Shown here piece by piece: positions 19,057 through 28,907 of a stretch of 64,000 nt of DNA (the stretch's first letter is position 1; every line of letters begins with the position of its first letter). Origin of the DNA: Thermoproteota archaeon (GTDB taxonomy: Archaea; Korarchaeota; Korarchaeia; Korarchaeales; JAOZGB01); assembly GCA_037917685.1 (NCBI GenBank), contig JAVCBU010000006.1, positions 352,001-416,000 of the forward strand, given 5' to 3'. Made by a program: the position numbers and the translations under genes. The notes under the pieces were generated by a model. The model ran no database searches. It was not told the origin of the DNA and worked only from the letters and a program-made list of their open reading frames with translations.

Positions 19057-21756
19057 ATTAATACGAGAATACCAGCGCTACTAATCCTTGTTCTAAGCTT
19101 AAGTATGTATTCAGATGTTGCTTCCCAGGCGGAGCCTTCCCTCTCGCATTATACAATCGAGGCGGCGCTTAACCCTTTGAATCACACCATAGAATGCATT
19201 ATGAGATTCAACTATTTTAACAGTGAGTCTGAGCCTATAGATGTACTTGTCTTTAACGTCTATCCAAATGCCTTTAAGCCGTCGGGATACATCGCGGTAG
19301 ACGGGGTGTACGGTGTAGGAGGCGAAAAGCTTCACTTTCAAATCGAAAAAACTGTTCTAAGCATAACCCTGCCGGGTAAAGTTAGTCCTGGTCTAAACTA
19401 CACTGTAACCTTGAACTTTAAGGTTAAGATCCCACCAAAAGATTACAGATTTGGATACTCAGCGGAGACGGATACCTATATGCTAGGGAATTGGTTTCCA
19501 ATTCTAGCTGTTTACGACAAGGACGGCTGGCACACTTACCCATACTTTCGGGATGGAGAAGCGTTCTATAGTGAGGTAGCAATATACGACGTTTCAATAA
19601 CCGTCCCAGAAGAATATGTGGTTGCAGCATCGGGATGGCTTATAGGTGAAGAAAGCACCGGTGGCTATGCCACCTATCATTTCCATGGAGAGCCTATTAG
19701 AGACTTCGCGTTCACAGCATCCAAAAACTACAAAGTAGCCGTTGAACAGACTCAAAACAACATAACGATTAAATCATACTATTACAACCAGCATGAGAGA
19801 GGAGGGAAAATAGCCCTACATGTCGCGAAGACATGCGTAGAACTATATGGTAAGCTGTTCGGCGAGTATCCCTATCCTGAGTTTACAGTCGCAGAAACCT
19901 CTCTAGGCGCCAATATTGCAGGAATGGAATATCCAACCCTAATAATGATCGACCACAGACTTTACAATACTTGGAGGAGCCTAGAGCTAGTAGTAGCCCA
20001 TGAAACAGGCCATCAATGGTGGTACGGGGTTGTTGGAAACGACCAGTACATGGAGCCGTGGCTGGACGAGGGCCTGACAAACTATTGTGAAAACTTGTTC
20101 TTCGAGTACCAGTATGGACCAGAAGAAATGCAAGCAGTAATCCAAACAACTGTGAAGATGAACTACCTATTGTACATGGATAGAGGAAGACTAGACCAGG
20201 CTGTAGCCAAGCCCTCCTACGCATTTGGCAGTCCAGAGGCATACTTCCAGATAGTATACAATAAGGGTGCATGGATAGTTGATATGCTGCGATACCACTT
20301 AGGCGATGAAAAGTTCTTTAAAGCCATGTCAACCTACTATCAAAGATACAAGTTTAAAATAGCAAGAATATCAGACTTCGTAGAAGTTTTCAACGAAGTA
20401 TCCGGCGAAGATCTCTCGTGGTTCTTCGAGCAATGGCTTTACAACAGCGGAATTCCTAAACTCGGTAGCGAATATAACGTAGATAAGGGCGAACTCGGAT
20501 ATAATGTATCCTTATCACTATTCCAACTTGGAAGCGTATTTAAACTTAAGATACCAGTCGTCATTTATACTGAGGACGGCTCCCGCTATGTCTTCCACGT
20601 ATGGCTTAACGGTTCAAGCGGTAGCTACAGTTTTATCGTAAGAGATAGGCCTACCCAGATCATCGTAGACGAAGACAACTACATACTTAAAGTGCAGGTA
20701 TTCACAAGTCTTAAGCAAGCCAGGCTACTAAAGGCTTTCGCAGTAACCCTGATAAGCCTTGTGATCCTTCTCTCCGTAAGTTCGGCCCTATGGGGATATA
20801 GCATTTACAAGAAGGGATTTGAGGAGAGAGGTAAAAGACTAAGTTTCGGCCCTAACTTTTTCACCCTATTCCCAAGAGCAGTAGCCCTGGGGCTGAGAGA
20901 AAGGCTGACAAGGCGGCCCGAAGCCTTATTGACGATTCTAACCTATACCCTTGTCTCAGGGGCGTCTGTACTTAACTATCTGCTACTTGGCAGCGGAGCT
21001 ATAACATGGTTCATGTTCGTACTTGGAGGTCTCATACTGTTAAATATGCACCTAACAATAGCCTACAGGATGAGGGGCGAAATAGCAACGTACAGTGCCC
21101 TCGGCGGCAATCCATCAAACATAGCTGGAATCTACATTAGTGGAAACTTATCGTCAGCCTTTATAGGGGGAATACTTGGAGTCCTATGGGCTATTACATC
21201 ATATACGCTTAAAATGTACTTCAGCTACATCCGAGTAGAAGAGATAGAGATGGTAAAGGGCTTGGTATACGGCCTACTCTTCTGCATTATAGTGTCCCTT
21301 ATATCTGCAATATATCCAGCGGTAAAGGTATCGCTTCTAGTTACACCTTCAATACTCAGAATATGGAAACTCCCCAGAAACAAGGTTTACATTACAAAAA
21401 CAGGTGACTACGCTGTAGAACTCAAACTACCATTCAGATTTCCAATTGAATGGTTTAAAGACCTAGTAACCTACATAAGAGAGAAGTATGATTCAAGTAT
21501 ATGGATGAGAAATCTTAGATGGAGATACACCCCAGAGGCCGCTGTTCTCTCTTTTGACAGGGACACCATAGACCTCGTGTCAGGAAGGGAGGGAACCTGT
21601 AACGTTTCGATAATAGCTAAGAGAGTCGGGGGAAGCGCCGAATGGTTTATGAGGGTATGCTCTAAGGGAACAATCTATGCTAGAAATGAGAGAATCGTTC
21701 ATCAAGTCGCAGACCTTGTAAGGAAAGACATTTTAGAATGGTTCTGTCTAAAATAA
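19057..21756 (+). CDS. M1-family Zn aminopeptidase fused to a C-terminal FtsX-like membrane domain (start uncertain)
   Basis: GMEYP, HETGHQWWY...WLDEG, VYNKGA; then TM helices with RGEIATYSALG...P and SAIYPA. The ORF-track start (18928) overlaps the divergent gene. Confidence 0.85.
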   Translation: MNTRIPALLILVLSLSMYSDVASQAEPSLSHYTIEAALNPLNHTIECIMRFNYFNSESEPIDVLVFNVYPNAFKPSGYIAVDGVYGVGGEKLHFQIEKTVLSITLPGKVSPGLNYTVTLNFKVKIPPKDYRFGYSAETDTYMLGNWFPILAVYDKDGWHTYPYFRDGEAFYSEVAIYDVSITVPEEYVVAASGWLIGEESTGGYATYHFHGEPIRDFAFTASKNYKVAVEQTQNNITIKSYYYNQHERGGKIALHVAKTCVELYGKLFGEYPYPEFTVAETSLGANIAGMEYPTLIMIDHRLYNTWRSLELVVAHETGHQWWYGVVGNDQYMEPWLDEGLTNYCENLFFEYQYGPEEMQAVIQTTVKMNYLLYMDRGRLDQAVAKPSYAFGSPEAYFQIVYNKGAWIVDMLRYHLGDEKFFKAMSTYYQRYKFKIARISDFVEVFNEVSGEDLSWFFEQWLYNSGIPKLGSEYNVDKGELGYNVSLSLFQLGSVFKLKIPVVIYTEDGSRYVFHVWLNGSSGSYSFIVRDRPTQIIVDEDNYILKVQVFTSLKQARLLKAFAVTLISLVILLSVSSALWGYSIYKKGFEERGKRLSFGPNFFTLFPRAVALGLRERLTRRPEALLTILTYTLVSGASVLNYLLLGSGAITWFMFVLGGLILLNMHLTIAYRMRGEIATYSALGGNPSNIAGIYISGNLSSAFIGGILGVLWAITSYTLKMYFSYIRVEEIEMVKGLVYGLLFCIIVSLISAIYPAVKVSLLVTPSILRIWKLPRNKVYITKTGDYAVELKLPFRFPIEWFKDLVTYIREKYDSSIWMRNLRWRYTPEAAVLSFDRDTIDLVSGREGTCNVSIIAKRVGGSAEWFMRVCSKGTIYARNERIVHQVADLVRKDILEWFCLK

Positions 21757-22055
21757 ACGTGTACCAAGTAGAAGTTATAGTTGAGAAAGTTAGGGGAAAC
21801 TGCCCCCTATACAGGCCTGGGGCCAGCTTCATAGTAGAAGGCTACTATATTAAACCCGGTAGAACGCCAATATGCATTCACGCCTTCTCAGCCATGTTAA
21901 CTCTACTATCAGCGTTCTCCCATGGTACGTCGGCCTCAGATCTGGGTATAGGTAGCGAAGAAGACGTAGGATACCTTCAATGCCCGGATCCAGGAGCCCC
22001 CTATACTAGAGGGGGAACAGTAACCTTTAAGCTAGTAAGGAGACCGAAATATTAA
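21738..22055 (+). CDS. TIGR04076-like small Cys-motif protein
   Basis: GNCPLYRPG, ICIHAF, QCPDP, GTVTF. Confidence 0.75.
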   Translation: MVLSKINVYQVEVIVEKVRGNCPLYRPGASFIVEGYYIKPGRTPICIHAFSAMLTLLSAFSHGTSASDLGIGSEEDVGYLQCPDPGAPYTRGGTVTFKLVRRPKY

Positions 22056-22083
22056 ACAACTACCCAGTAGGATATAATATCAG

Positions 22084-23058
22084 ATGCAGGAAATAGTTCA
22101 TCCAATACCAGAGCATGTTCTAAAGGTCCTTAAAAGGCAGCATTACGCTGTAGTTGGGCTTAACACAGGGGTGAAGCTGTGCGACTGGCTTAGAAAAAGC
22201 CTCCTAGACAGGGGGGTCTGCTACAAGCAGGACTTCTACGGGATCCAATCACATAGATGCCTTCAAATGTCCCCCTCTGTAATATGGTGTACTCACAGGT
22301 GCATATACTGCTGGAGAATACAGTCGGGAGACGAGCCTGAACTAAGATGGAAAGAGTACCCCTTCCCCGAAGCCTATGACGATCCAGAGTTTATAGTGGA
22401 GAACGCGGTTAAAGCTCAAAGGCAGCTTATCTCAGGGTATAAGCCGTTTGCAAATCCACGGAAGTACGTTGAAGCGTTGAACCCCAACCAGGCGGCTATA
22501 TCCCTGTCAGGCGAGCCGACGCTCTACCCGGTCCTCGGAGATCTGATACATGAATTCCACAGGAGGCATTTCACAACTTTCCTTGTAACCAATGGAACCA
22601 TGCCTGAAAGGCTTGAGTCTCTAAGCGAACTTCCAACTCAGCTCTATATAACCCTTCCAGCCCCCAGAAGAGAGGTTTATCTCAAAACCTCGAGGCCTAT
22701 AATACGTGACGGCTGGGATCGCATACAGAGAAGCCTTGAGATAATGTCAACTGTTCAGACAAGAACTGTGATAAGGATGACGCTTACAAAAGGTCTGAAT
22801 TTCAGAGAACCAGAGGGCTACGCTAAGCTAATAGAGAAAGCTAACCCCATGTTTGTCGAGCTTAAAGCAGCCATGGCCCTCGGCTATGCCAGGAAGAGGG
22901 GGATGGAGGATAGGGGGATGCTTCTCCACTGGGAAATAAGGGAGTTCGCGGAGGAGCTTTCAAAAATAATAGGATATAGGTTGGCAGGAGAGAAACTGCC
23001 TTCAAGAGTGGTTTTACTGACTAGGATTAAGGGCGACACTAAGATACCAGGATTATAG
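22084..23058 (+). CDS. taw1: 4-demethylwyosine synthase Taw1/TYW1 (radical SAM)
   Basis: VKLCDW, CYKQDFYGIQSHRCLQM, CTHRCIYCWR, AISLSGEPTLY. Confidence 0.95.
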   Translation: MQEIVHPIPEHVLKVLKRQHYAVVGLNTGVKLCDWLRKSLLDRGVCYKQDFYGIQSHRCLQMSPSVIWCTHRCIYCWRIQSGDEPELRWKEYPFPEAYDDPEFIVENAVKAQRQLISGYKPFANPRKYVEALNPNQAAISLSGEPTLYPVLGDLIHEFHRRHFTTFLVTNGTMPERLESLSELPTQLYITLPAPRREVYLKTSRPIIRDGWDRIQRSLEIMSTVQTRTVIRMTLTKGLNFREPEGYAKLIEKANPMFVELKAAMALGYARKRGMEDRGMLLHWEIREFAEELSKIIGYRLAGEKLPSRVVLLTRIKGDTKIPGL

Positions 23059-23089
23059 GTGGAGACTCAAGTCGGTCTTGCCTTATATT

Positions 23090-24421
23090 TTACTTTGAGA
23101 CTCTTTTTATCTCCTCCTCTATTATATCGAGTGCCGGGTCTATGTACTCTCTCGTTATTGAGAGTGGTGGTGCTATTCTTATTGTTGATATTCCCGCAAG
23201 TATTAAGGCAACTCCTCTCTTCCAGGATTCAATCATAACAGTTTCTGCCTCTTTCTTTGCGTACTCCTTGGTTTTCCTGTTTTTGACGAGTTCGACTCCT
23301 ATCATCAAGCCCTTGCCTCTTACATCGCCTATGATCTCATATTTTTCCATCATCTCCCTGAACCGCTTCATTATGTACTCTCCCTGCTTTGTAGCGTTTT
23401 CCATTAATTTTTCCTCTTTAATGATGGATATAACCTCTATGGCGGCTGCGCAGCTTACAGGGTTGCCGCCAAAAGTGGAAGCATGGCTTCCTCCCTCCCA
23501 GTTCATAATGTTGCTCCACGCCATCATTGCGCCTAGAGGGAGGCCGGCAGCGATGGCCTTGGCGGATGCTACGATGTGAGGTTTTACTCCCCAGTGTTCT
23601 ATTGCCCACCACTTGCCTGTTCTCCCGATTCCCGACTGAACTTCATCATCGATAAGTAGCATGTCATACTTTGATGCAAGCCTTTCAAGCTGCTTGAAAT
23701 ACCCCTCAGGCGGTACGATATAGCCTCCTTCCCCTTGTATCGGCTCAAATATTATGCCTGCAACCTCCTCCGGTGGAACGTATTTTTTCAGGGTCCAATC
23801 TTCGATGAAACCTATACAGTAAAAGCCGCATTCGGGATATTCAAGGTTAAAGGGACACCTGTAACAGTATGGATATGGGACATGAGTTACACCAGGGATT
23901 AATGGTGAGAAATGCCTCACCTGAACTGGCTTGCTGGCTGTGAAGCTTAATGCTCCGAGAGTTCTACCATGAAATGCACCTATGAAGGCTAGCATCCTAG
24001 GCCTTCTCTTATTCCATCTTGCAAGTTTGAAGGCTGCCTCAACAGCCTCAGCGCCACTATTACCGAAGTAGACCTTCCAATCACCTCCTCCGGGCGCTAT
24101 CTCAACAAGCTTCTCAGCCAGTTCTATTGATGGCTCATAGTAGAAGTCCGTGTTAGAGTAGTGAATTAGCTTCTTCGCCTGTTTTCTGATTGCACCCACA
24201 ACTCTTGGGTGCGAATGACCTACGTTCAGAACAGCTATGCCAGAGTTTAAATCTATGTACTCGTTACCGTCAACGTCCTTTACAATAACTCCCTCTCCAG
24301 TCTCAGCTACTAGGGGGTACCACCGTACGTAGGACCCGGATATAACCCTCTTATCCCGCTCTAAAAGGCTTCTAGCCTTAGGTCCGGGTGGAGTTACCAG
24401 TATCTTCGGATATCTGGTCAT
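23090..24421 (-). CDS. Class III PLP aminotransferase (4-aminobutyrate/ornithine type)
   Basis: SGAEAVE, FHGRT, EPIQGEGG, DEVQSGIGRTG, SAKAIA, STFGGNP. Confidence 0.93.
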   Translation of the reverse strand: MTRYPKILVTPPGPKARSLLERDKRVISGSYVRWYPLVAETGEGVIVKDVDGNEYIDLNSGIAVLNVGHSHPRVVGAIRKQAKKLIHYSNTDFYYEPSIELAEKLVEIAPGGGDWKVYFGNSGAEAVEAAFKLARWNKRRPRMLAFIGAFHGRTLGALSFTASKPVQVRHFSPLIPGVTHVPYPYCYRCPFNLEYPECGFYCIGFIEDWTLKKYVPPEEVAGIIFEPIQGEGGYIVPPEGYFKQLERLASKYDMLLIDDEVQSGIGRTGKWWAIEHWGVKPHIVASAKAIAAGLPLGAMMAWSNIMNWEGGSHASTFGGNPVSCAAAIEVISIIKEEKLMENATKQGEYIMKRFREMMEKYEIIGDVRGKGLMIGVELVKNRKTKEYAKKEAETVMIESWKRGVALILAGISTIRIAPPLSITREYIDPALDIIEEEIKRVSK

Positions 24422-24542
24422 CCTGTCTAATGTCCATCCTGAAACTTAAAGATTTTAACATATTGTCTACAAGTAATTCCAATAATAACCTCTGATTTTT
24501 CGCTCTTCCCGTCGGTGTTAAAGAAATTCTCCTAAGCCACTC

Positions 24543-25601
24543 TTATAGGGGAATTATGAGGGTATTCTCTTTCTTAATGTAAAGTGTGATTCTCTTCCCA
24601 AGTCCTAGCCTCACGTAGGGTGGAAGCTCTGCTATTATCCTATGACCCTCCGAGTTGCAGTAGACCCTTTGACTTTTGCCTATGAATGCTATGTGGTCTA
24701 TTACGGCGTTTATGGGGTTTACCTCGCCCTCCGGCTTTAGCGTGAAGTATTCTGGCCTCATACTTACGACGACCTTCGAGCCGACGGTTAGGTTAACATC
24801 CTCTCTTGAAGGTATGCCCTCTAGAGTTCCTATTTCAGTGTCGACTTTAACAGTTCCATTCCTACCTGTTACTTCTCCTTCGATCATTGTTGCTTGTCCT
24901 ATGAAGTCGGCCACGAATGTGTTTCTCGGTCTTTGATATATCTCTTGTGGAGTCCCTACTTGCATTATTTTCCCCTGATGCATCACTGCTATCTTGTCTG
25001 AGATGCTCATAGCCTCCTCCTGGTCGTGTGTGACGTATATCGTGGTTATCCCAAGTTCTCTCTGTATTCTTCTAAGCTCTGCCCTTGTCTCTATTCTCAG
25101 TTTAGCGTCGAGGTTGCTTAGCGGCTCGTCTAGTAGAAGGGTTTTCGGCCTGACAGCTATAGCCCTTGCAAGAGCTATCCTTTGCTGTTGGCCGCCGCTA
25201 AGCTGGCTTGGATACCTCTTCTCGAATCCTTCTAGCTTTACAAGTTTTAGAACCTCCTTTACACGCTTCTTTATCTCGTCTCTCGGTAGTTTCCTAATCT
25301 TTAATCCGTAGGCAATATTCTCTTCAACGGTCATGTGCGGCCACAACGCATAATTCTGGAAAACCATTCCAGTCTCACGTTTGAACGGGGGAATATCCGT
25401 AATATCGGCTCCATCAAAATAGATTCTACCTTCTGTTGGCATCTCAAACCCTGCTATAAGCCTTAGAGTAGTAGTTTTTCCGCAGCCGCTTGGTCCCAAA
25501 AGGGCGAAGAATAAGCCGTCATCAATGCTTAGGCTCACATGGTCGACTGCTACAACCTCGCCAAACCTTTTTGTAAGCTTCTCAAGGGTAATATTAACCA
25601 T
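24543..25601 (-). CDS. ABC transporter ATPase (FbpC/PotA-like)
   Basis: GPSGCGKTT, LSGGQQQR, LLDEP, YVTHDQEEA, TOBE domain. Confidence 0.95.
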   Translation of the reverse strand: MVNITLEKLTKRFGEVVAVDHVSLSIDDGLFFALLGPSGCGKTTTLRLIAGFEMPTEGRIYFDGADITDIPPFKRETGMVFQNYALWPHMTVEENIAYGLKIRKLPRDEIKKRVKEVLKLVKLEGFEKRYPSQLSGGQQQRIALARAIAVRPKTLLLDEPLSNLDAKLRIETRAELRRIQRELGITTIYVTHDQEEAMSISDKIAVMHQGKIMQVGTPQEIYQRPRNTFVADFIGQATMIEGEVTGRNGTVKVDTEIGTLEGIPSREDVNLTVGSKVVVSMRPEYFTLKPEGEVNPINAVIDHIAFIGKSQRVYCNSEGHRIIAELPPYVRLGLGKRITLYIKKENTLIIPL

Positions 25602-25611
25602 AGCCTCACCC

Positions 25612-27435
25612 CTATATGGTAATTAGGGCTGTCGCCCTTTGTCTGAGCAGGTATGTTGAGATTAAGATTGATGCCAGCTGAAGAAGCATAAGGATCACAC
25701 CTATAGCCGCTGTTAGGTGGGGGCCGCCTGCAAGCATGTATAAAACATCAAGCATCTTAAGTGTTATGGGGCCCTCCTCAGGCTTGGCGCTTCCTATGAC
25801 TATTCCAGTGCTTACCTCGTTCATACAATAAACGAATGATAGCATCCCACCTGCTAGGATGTTCATCCATACAAGCTTTAAGGATATGTCTAGGAAGGTT
25901 CTCGTCCTGCTGGCTCCGAGATTTAATGCTGCCTCTTCGAATTCCACATGGGTCTGCTCAAACCCCGCGAACGCTGCTCTAACTGTGAATGGAAACTTTC
26001 TGATAGTGTATGACAGTATCAACAATGGTATTGGACTTTTGAGAGGATCGAGTGGCGAGTTAAGAAATATCAGGAACAGGCCGGTTGCTATTACCACGCC
26101 TGGAATACTTATCGGAAGGGTTACAAGCGTGTCTAATGCGCTCATGCCTGGAATATGCTTTCTTGCTACAAGGTATGCGGCACTTGTCCCCAGTACTATT
26201 ATTAGGATTGTTGCAGCTGTAGAATAGGTTAGGCTGTTCGTGAACGCCCTTATGATTTCCTTGTCGGTAAATATTTCTTTAAAGTTGATAATGGTGAATT
26301 CTTCTGGTAGGAGCCTTGTACCCCAGTGCTCTGAGAAAGCAAGGAGGAATACACCTATATGAGGGAGTAGGGCGAAGAATAGTATTCCTACTAGCAGAAT
26401 GTATATTATGGCGCATTGGATTTTAGACGCCCTATTTACAACCCTTCTACCAGCTTCTCCCTTGCTGAGCATGGCGTACTTCCTCATACTAACATACTTC
26501 CGTATAATTACAAAACTAAACATTGATATCGAGAGTAGAATCGCAGCGAGCGCAGTAGCGTCAGGCCTTATAAGGCCTTTTGGAGTGAATATTTTTGTGA
26601 ATATCTGGTATGTGAGGGTTTTCTCAGCTGTTGTTCCCTGGAATATTATGGGAGTTCCAAGGTCCTCTATGCTTAGTATCAGTGTTAGTATCGCTCCAGC
26701 CTCTATTCCGGGGAGTGCAAGCGGCAGTGTTACCGTTCTAAACAAGTGAAACCCGTGGGCACCAAGATTTTTAGCCTGCTCCTCCATGGCAGGATCTATA
26801 TTCATGAATGCCGTGAAGGCATTCACGTACACAATAGGGTAGAACATCAACGTTTGGACGAACACTACAGCAGCTAAACCTTCTACTCCGATCTTGACCG
26901 GGAGAAGCCCGAGTTTCTCGTAGAATAATGTGTTTAGAAATCCATCGACATGTATCATTTTCCTAAGGCCTATGGCTCCTACGAAAGGTATTGACAACAT
27001 AGGGATCATTATGGCTATTCGGAAATATTCTTTGAGTGGAAAATCGTATCTGGAGAATATAAAGGCTAGAGTTACGCCGATTATCGTTGCAAATATCGTT
27101 GTGGAGATTCCTACGATGAGTGTGTTAGGGATAACGCCGATATCCGGTCCTGTGATTATTATTCTATTTCCTCCAGCCCTTCTATAGAAGGAAAGGGCCC
27201 TGCTGTCCAGGCTATGTGGGAAATAGAAAGCGTCGCTAAAGACTTGTTTAATCCAGAAGAATGAGAAGCTTCCTTCATGGACAAACGCGTGGTAAAGCAC
27301 GCTTACCAGAGGGATGATCATAAAAATGGTGAATATTGAGACAACTAAGACTAGCTGGGTTATTGATAAGCTGTCAAGTTCCCACTTAATCTCCCTAAGT
27401 CTAGCCCTTACATCGGCTGTTATCATCCTATCCAC
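25612..27435 (-). CDS. ABC transporter permease, duplicated domain (FbpB/ThiP/AfuB-like)
   Basis: Two EAA-type loops (EEQAKNLGA, EEAALNLGA), many TMs. Confidence 0.92.
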   Translation of the reverse strand: MDRMITADVRARLREIKWELDSLSITQLVLVVSIFTIFMIIPLVSVLYHAFVHEGSFSFFWIKQVFSDAFYFPHSLDSRALSFYRRAGGNRIIITGPDIGVIPNTLIVGISTTIFATIIGVTLAFIFSRYDFPLKEYFRIAIMIPMLSIPFVGAIGLRKMIHVDGFLNTLFYEKLGLLPVKIGVEGLAAVVFVQTLMFYPIVYVNAFTAFMNIDPAMEEQAKNLGAHGFHLFRTVTLPLALPGIEAGAILTLILSIEDLGTPIIFQGTTAEKTLTYQIFTKIFTPKGLIRPDATALAAILLSISMFSFVIIRKYVSMRKYAMLSKGEAGRRVVNRASKIQCAIIYILLVGILFFALLPHIGVFLLAFSEHWGTRLLPEEFTIINFKEIFTDKEIIRAFTNSLTYSTAATILIIVLGTSAAYLVARKHIPGMSALDTLVTLPISIPGVVIATGLFLIFLNSPLDPLKSPIPLLILSYTIRKFPFTVRAAFAGFEQTHVEFEEAALNLGASRTRTFLDISLKLVWMNILAGGMLSFVYCMNEVSTGIVIGSAKPEEGPITLKMLDVLYMLAGGPHLTAAIGVILMLLQLASILISTYLLRQRATALITI

Positions 27436-28804
27436 CGGCTATCAGCTTCTGAAGCTCGTTGTAAACCCTTTGATATTGTTCTCTAGCAGCATCTTTCCAC
27501 TTAACCATCTCCTGAGCTTGGAACTCAGAGTCCGTTCTAATCCTATCGTTTATGGACTGAGCGTACTCAACAGTCATCGTTACATTTCTACCATCCTCTG
27601 TCCACGTCACCGGAGTGCCCAGCATGTCGGCAAGCATCCAGAACTGATCTTCAGTTATTTTTCCATCCCTGTACGACTGAACCATGCTTCTCCACACATC
27701 AGAAAGCTCCGAGTGCAGGTCTGAGATCACAGCTTCGAAGTACGCCCGCATGGTAGCCTCATACGAGAGGGCGAGAGCGTCGCTGAACTCTATTCCAATA
27801 TTAGTAATCGTCAGATTATATAGTCTGTAAAGGTCAGGCCTTGCCTTCCCAGCTTCTGTTCTAAAGACCTCTCCCCTAACAGGCATCCTGTTAAGTTTAG
27901 GATTCAGCCAGTTAGCTTGACCCTCGACAGAGAGGACGTAAGCAATGAATGCCTCGGCTGCTTCCACGTGCTGGGTTCCATTGACCAGTGCTATCGGGTC
28001 TCCGTTGATGATGGTTTCTCCTTGGGGGAGTACATATTCAAGGTTGGGATCTTTGACCTGACTCGTGTAGCCATAGAAGTCTATGGCTATGGAAACTCCG
28101 ACCTCACCGGTTTCGACTGCGCTCCATGCCTCTACGCTTCCACCATACAACCTGCCGTTTGCCGCCATCCTGGTGATAAGCCTCCATCCATCCTCCCATC
28201 CAAACGCTTGGAGGATGATTTCATAGATTCTTGTATGGCTAGTTGACGTGAAAGGCTTCGCCATCGCTATTGTAGGAAAGTCCCGGAGGAAGTCGGGGGA
28301 TGCAAGATCCTCCCATGTCTGGGGTTTCTCTAACCCATACTTGTCGATGAAGTTATGGTTAACGATGAAACCGAAGGAGGAGATGGCAGATGCCACCCAT
28401 AAGACTCTTCCTTGATCATCGAATCTCTTCATCGGGCTTCCGGCGATATCATCTGGTATTGCATTAACCTCAGCCATAACTGTGCTTCCAGAGAGTGGCT
28501 GAAATAGATCTATATTTTCGTCAAACAGTGTGGGACCACCTCCCCATGCGATGTCTATCCCACCTCTTCCAATCACTGATCTCCAATACTGTGGCGGGGT
28601 GCCTATGAACTTTAGGTCGACAATATTGTACTGTTTTGCCAGATCTGTCTGCAGGAAAGCCTCCTCAAATATTAGTTGTATTGCCGTATCATGTCTGGTG
28701 ATTATGGTGAGAACCACACCTTCCTCTTTTGGCTTTCTGAAAACCATCAGCGCAGCTACAGCTATGATGACAAGGAGTATGGGGACAATAATCTTAGGCT
28801 TCAT
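27428..28804 (-). CDS. ABC transporter substrate-binding protein (Fe3+/thiamine/AfuA-like)
   Basis: N-terminal anchor, TRHD, WGGGPTLFD, P.TWEDLA, IDFYG, GDPIAL. Confidence 0.9.
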   Translation of the reverse strand: MKPKIIVPILLVIIAVAALMVFRKPKEEGVVLTIITRHDTAIQLIFEEAFLQTDLAKQYNIVDLKFIGTPPQYWRSVIGRGGIDIAWGGGPTLFDENIDLFQPLSGSTVMAEVNAIPDDIAGSPMKRFDDQGRVLWVASAISSFGFIVNHNFIDKYGLEKPQTWEDLASPDFLRDFPTIAMAKPFTSTSHTRIYEIILQAFGWEDGWRLITRMAANGRLYGGSVEAWSAVETGEVGVSIAIDFYGYTSQVKDPNLEYVLPQGETIINGDPIALVNGTQHVEAAEAFIAYVLSVEGQANWLNPKLNRMPVRGEVFRTEAGKARPDLYRLYNLTITNIGIEFSDALALSYEATMRAYFEAVISDLHSELSDVWRSMVQSYRDGKITEDQFWMLADMLGTPVTWTEDGRNVTMTVEYAQSINDRIRTDSEFQAQEMVKWKDAAREQYQRVYNELQKLIAGG

Positions 28805-28907
28805 GGGTCACCACCTAGATGAGTCTTAGTAATGTAATTAAAATTTCACCACTAGACGGTTAACACTTCGTCGTAAAGCAACACTTAAAAAGTATTGTAT
28901 ATGGTAA

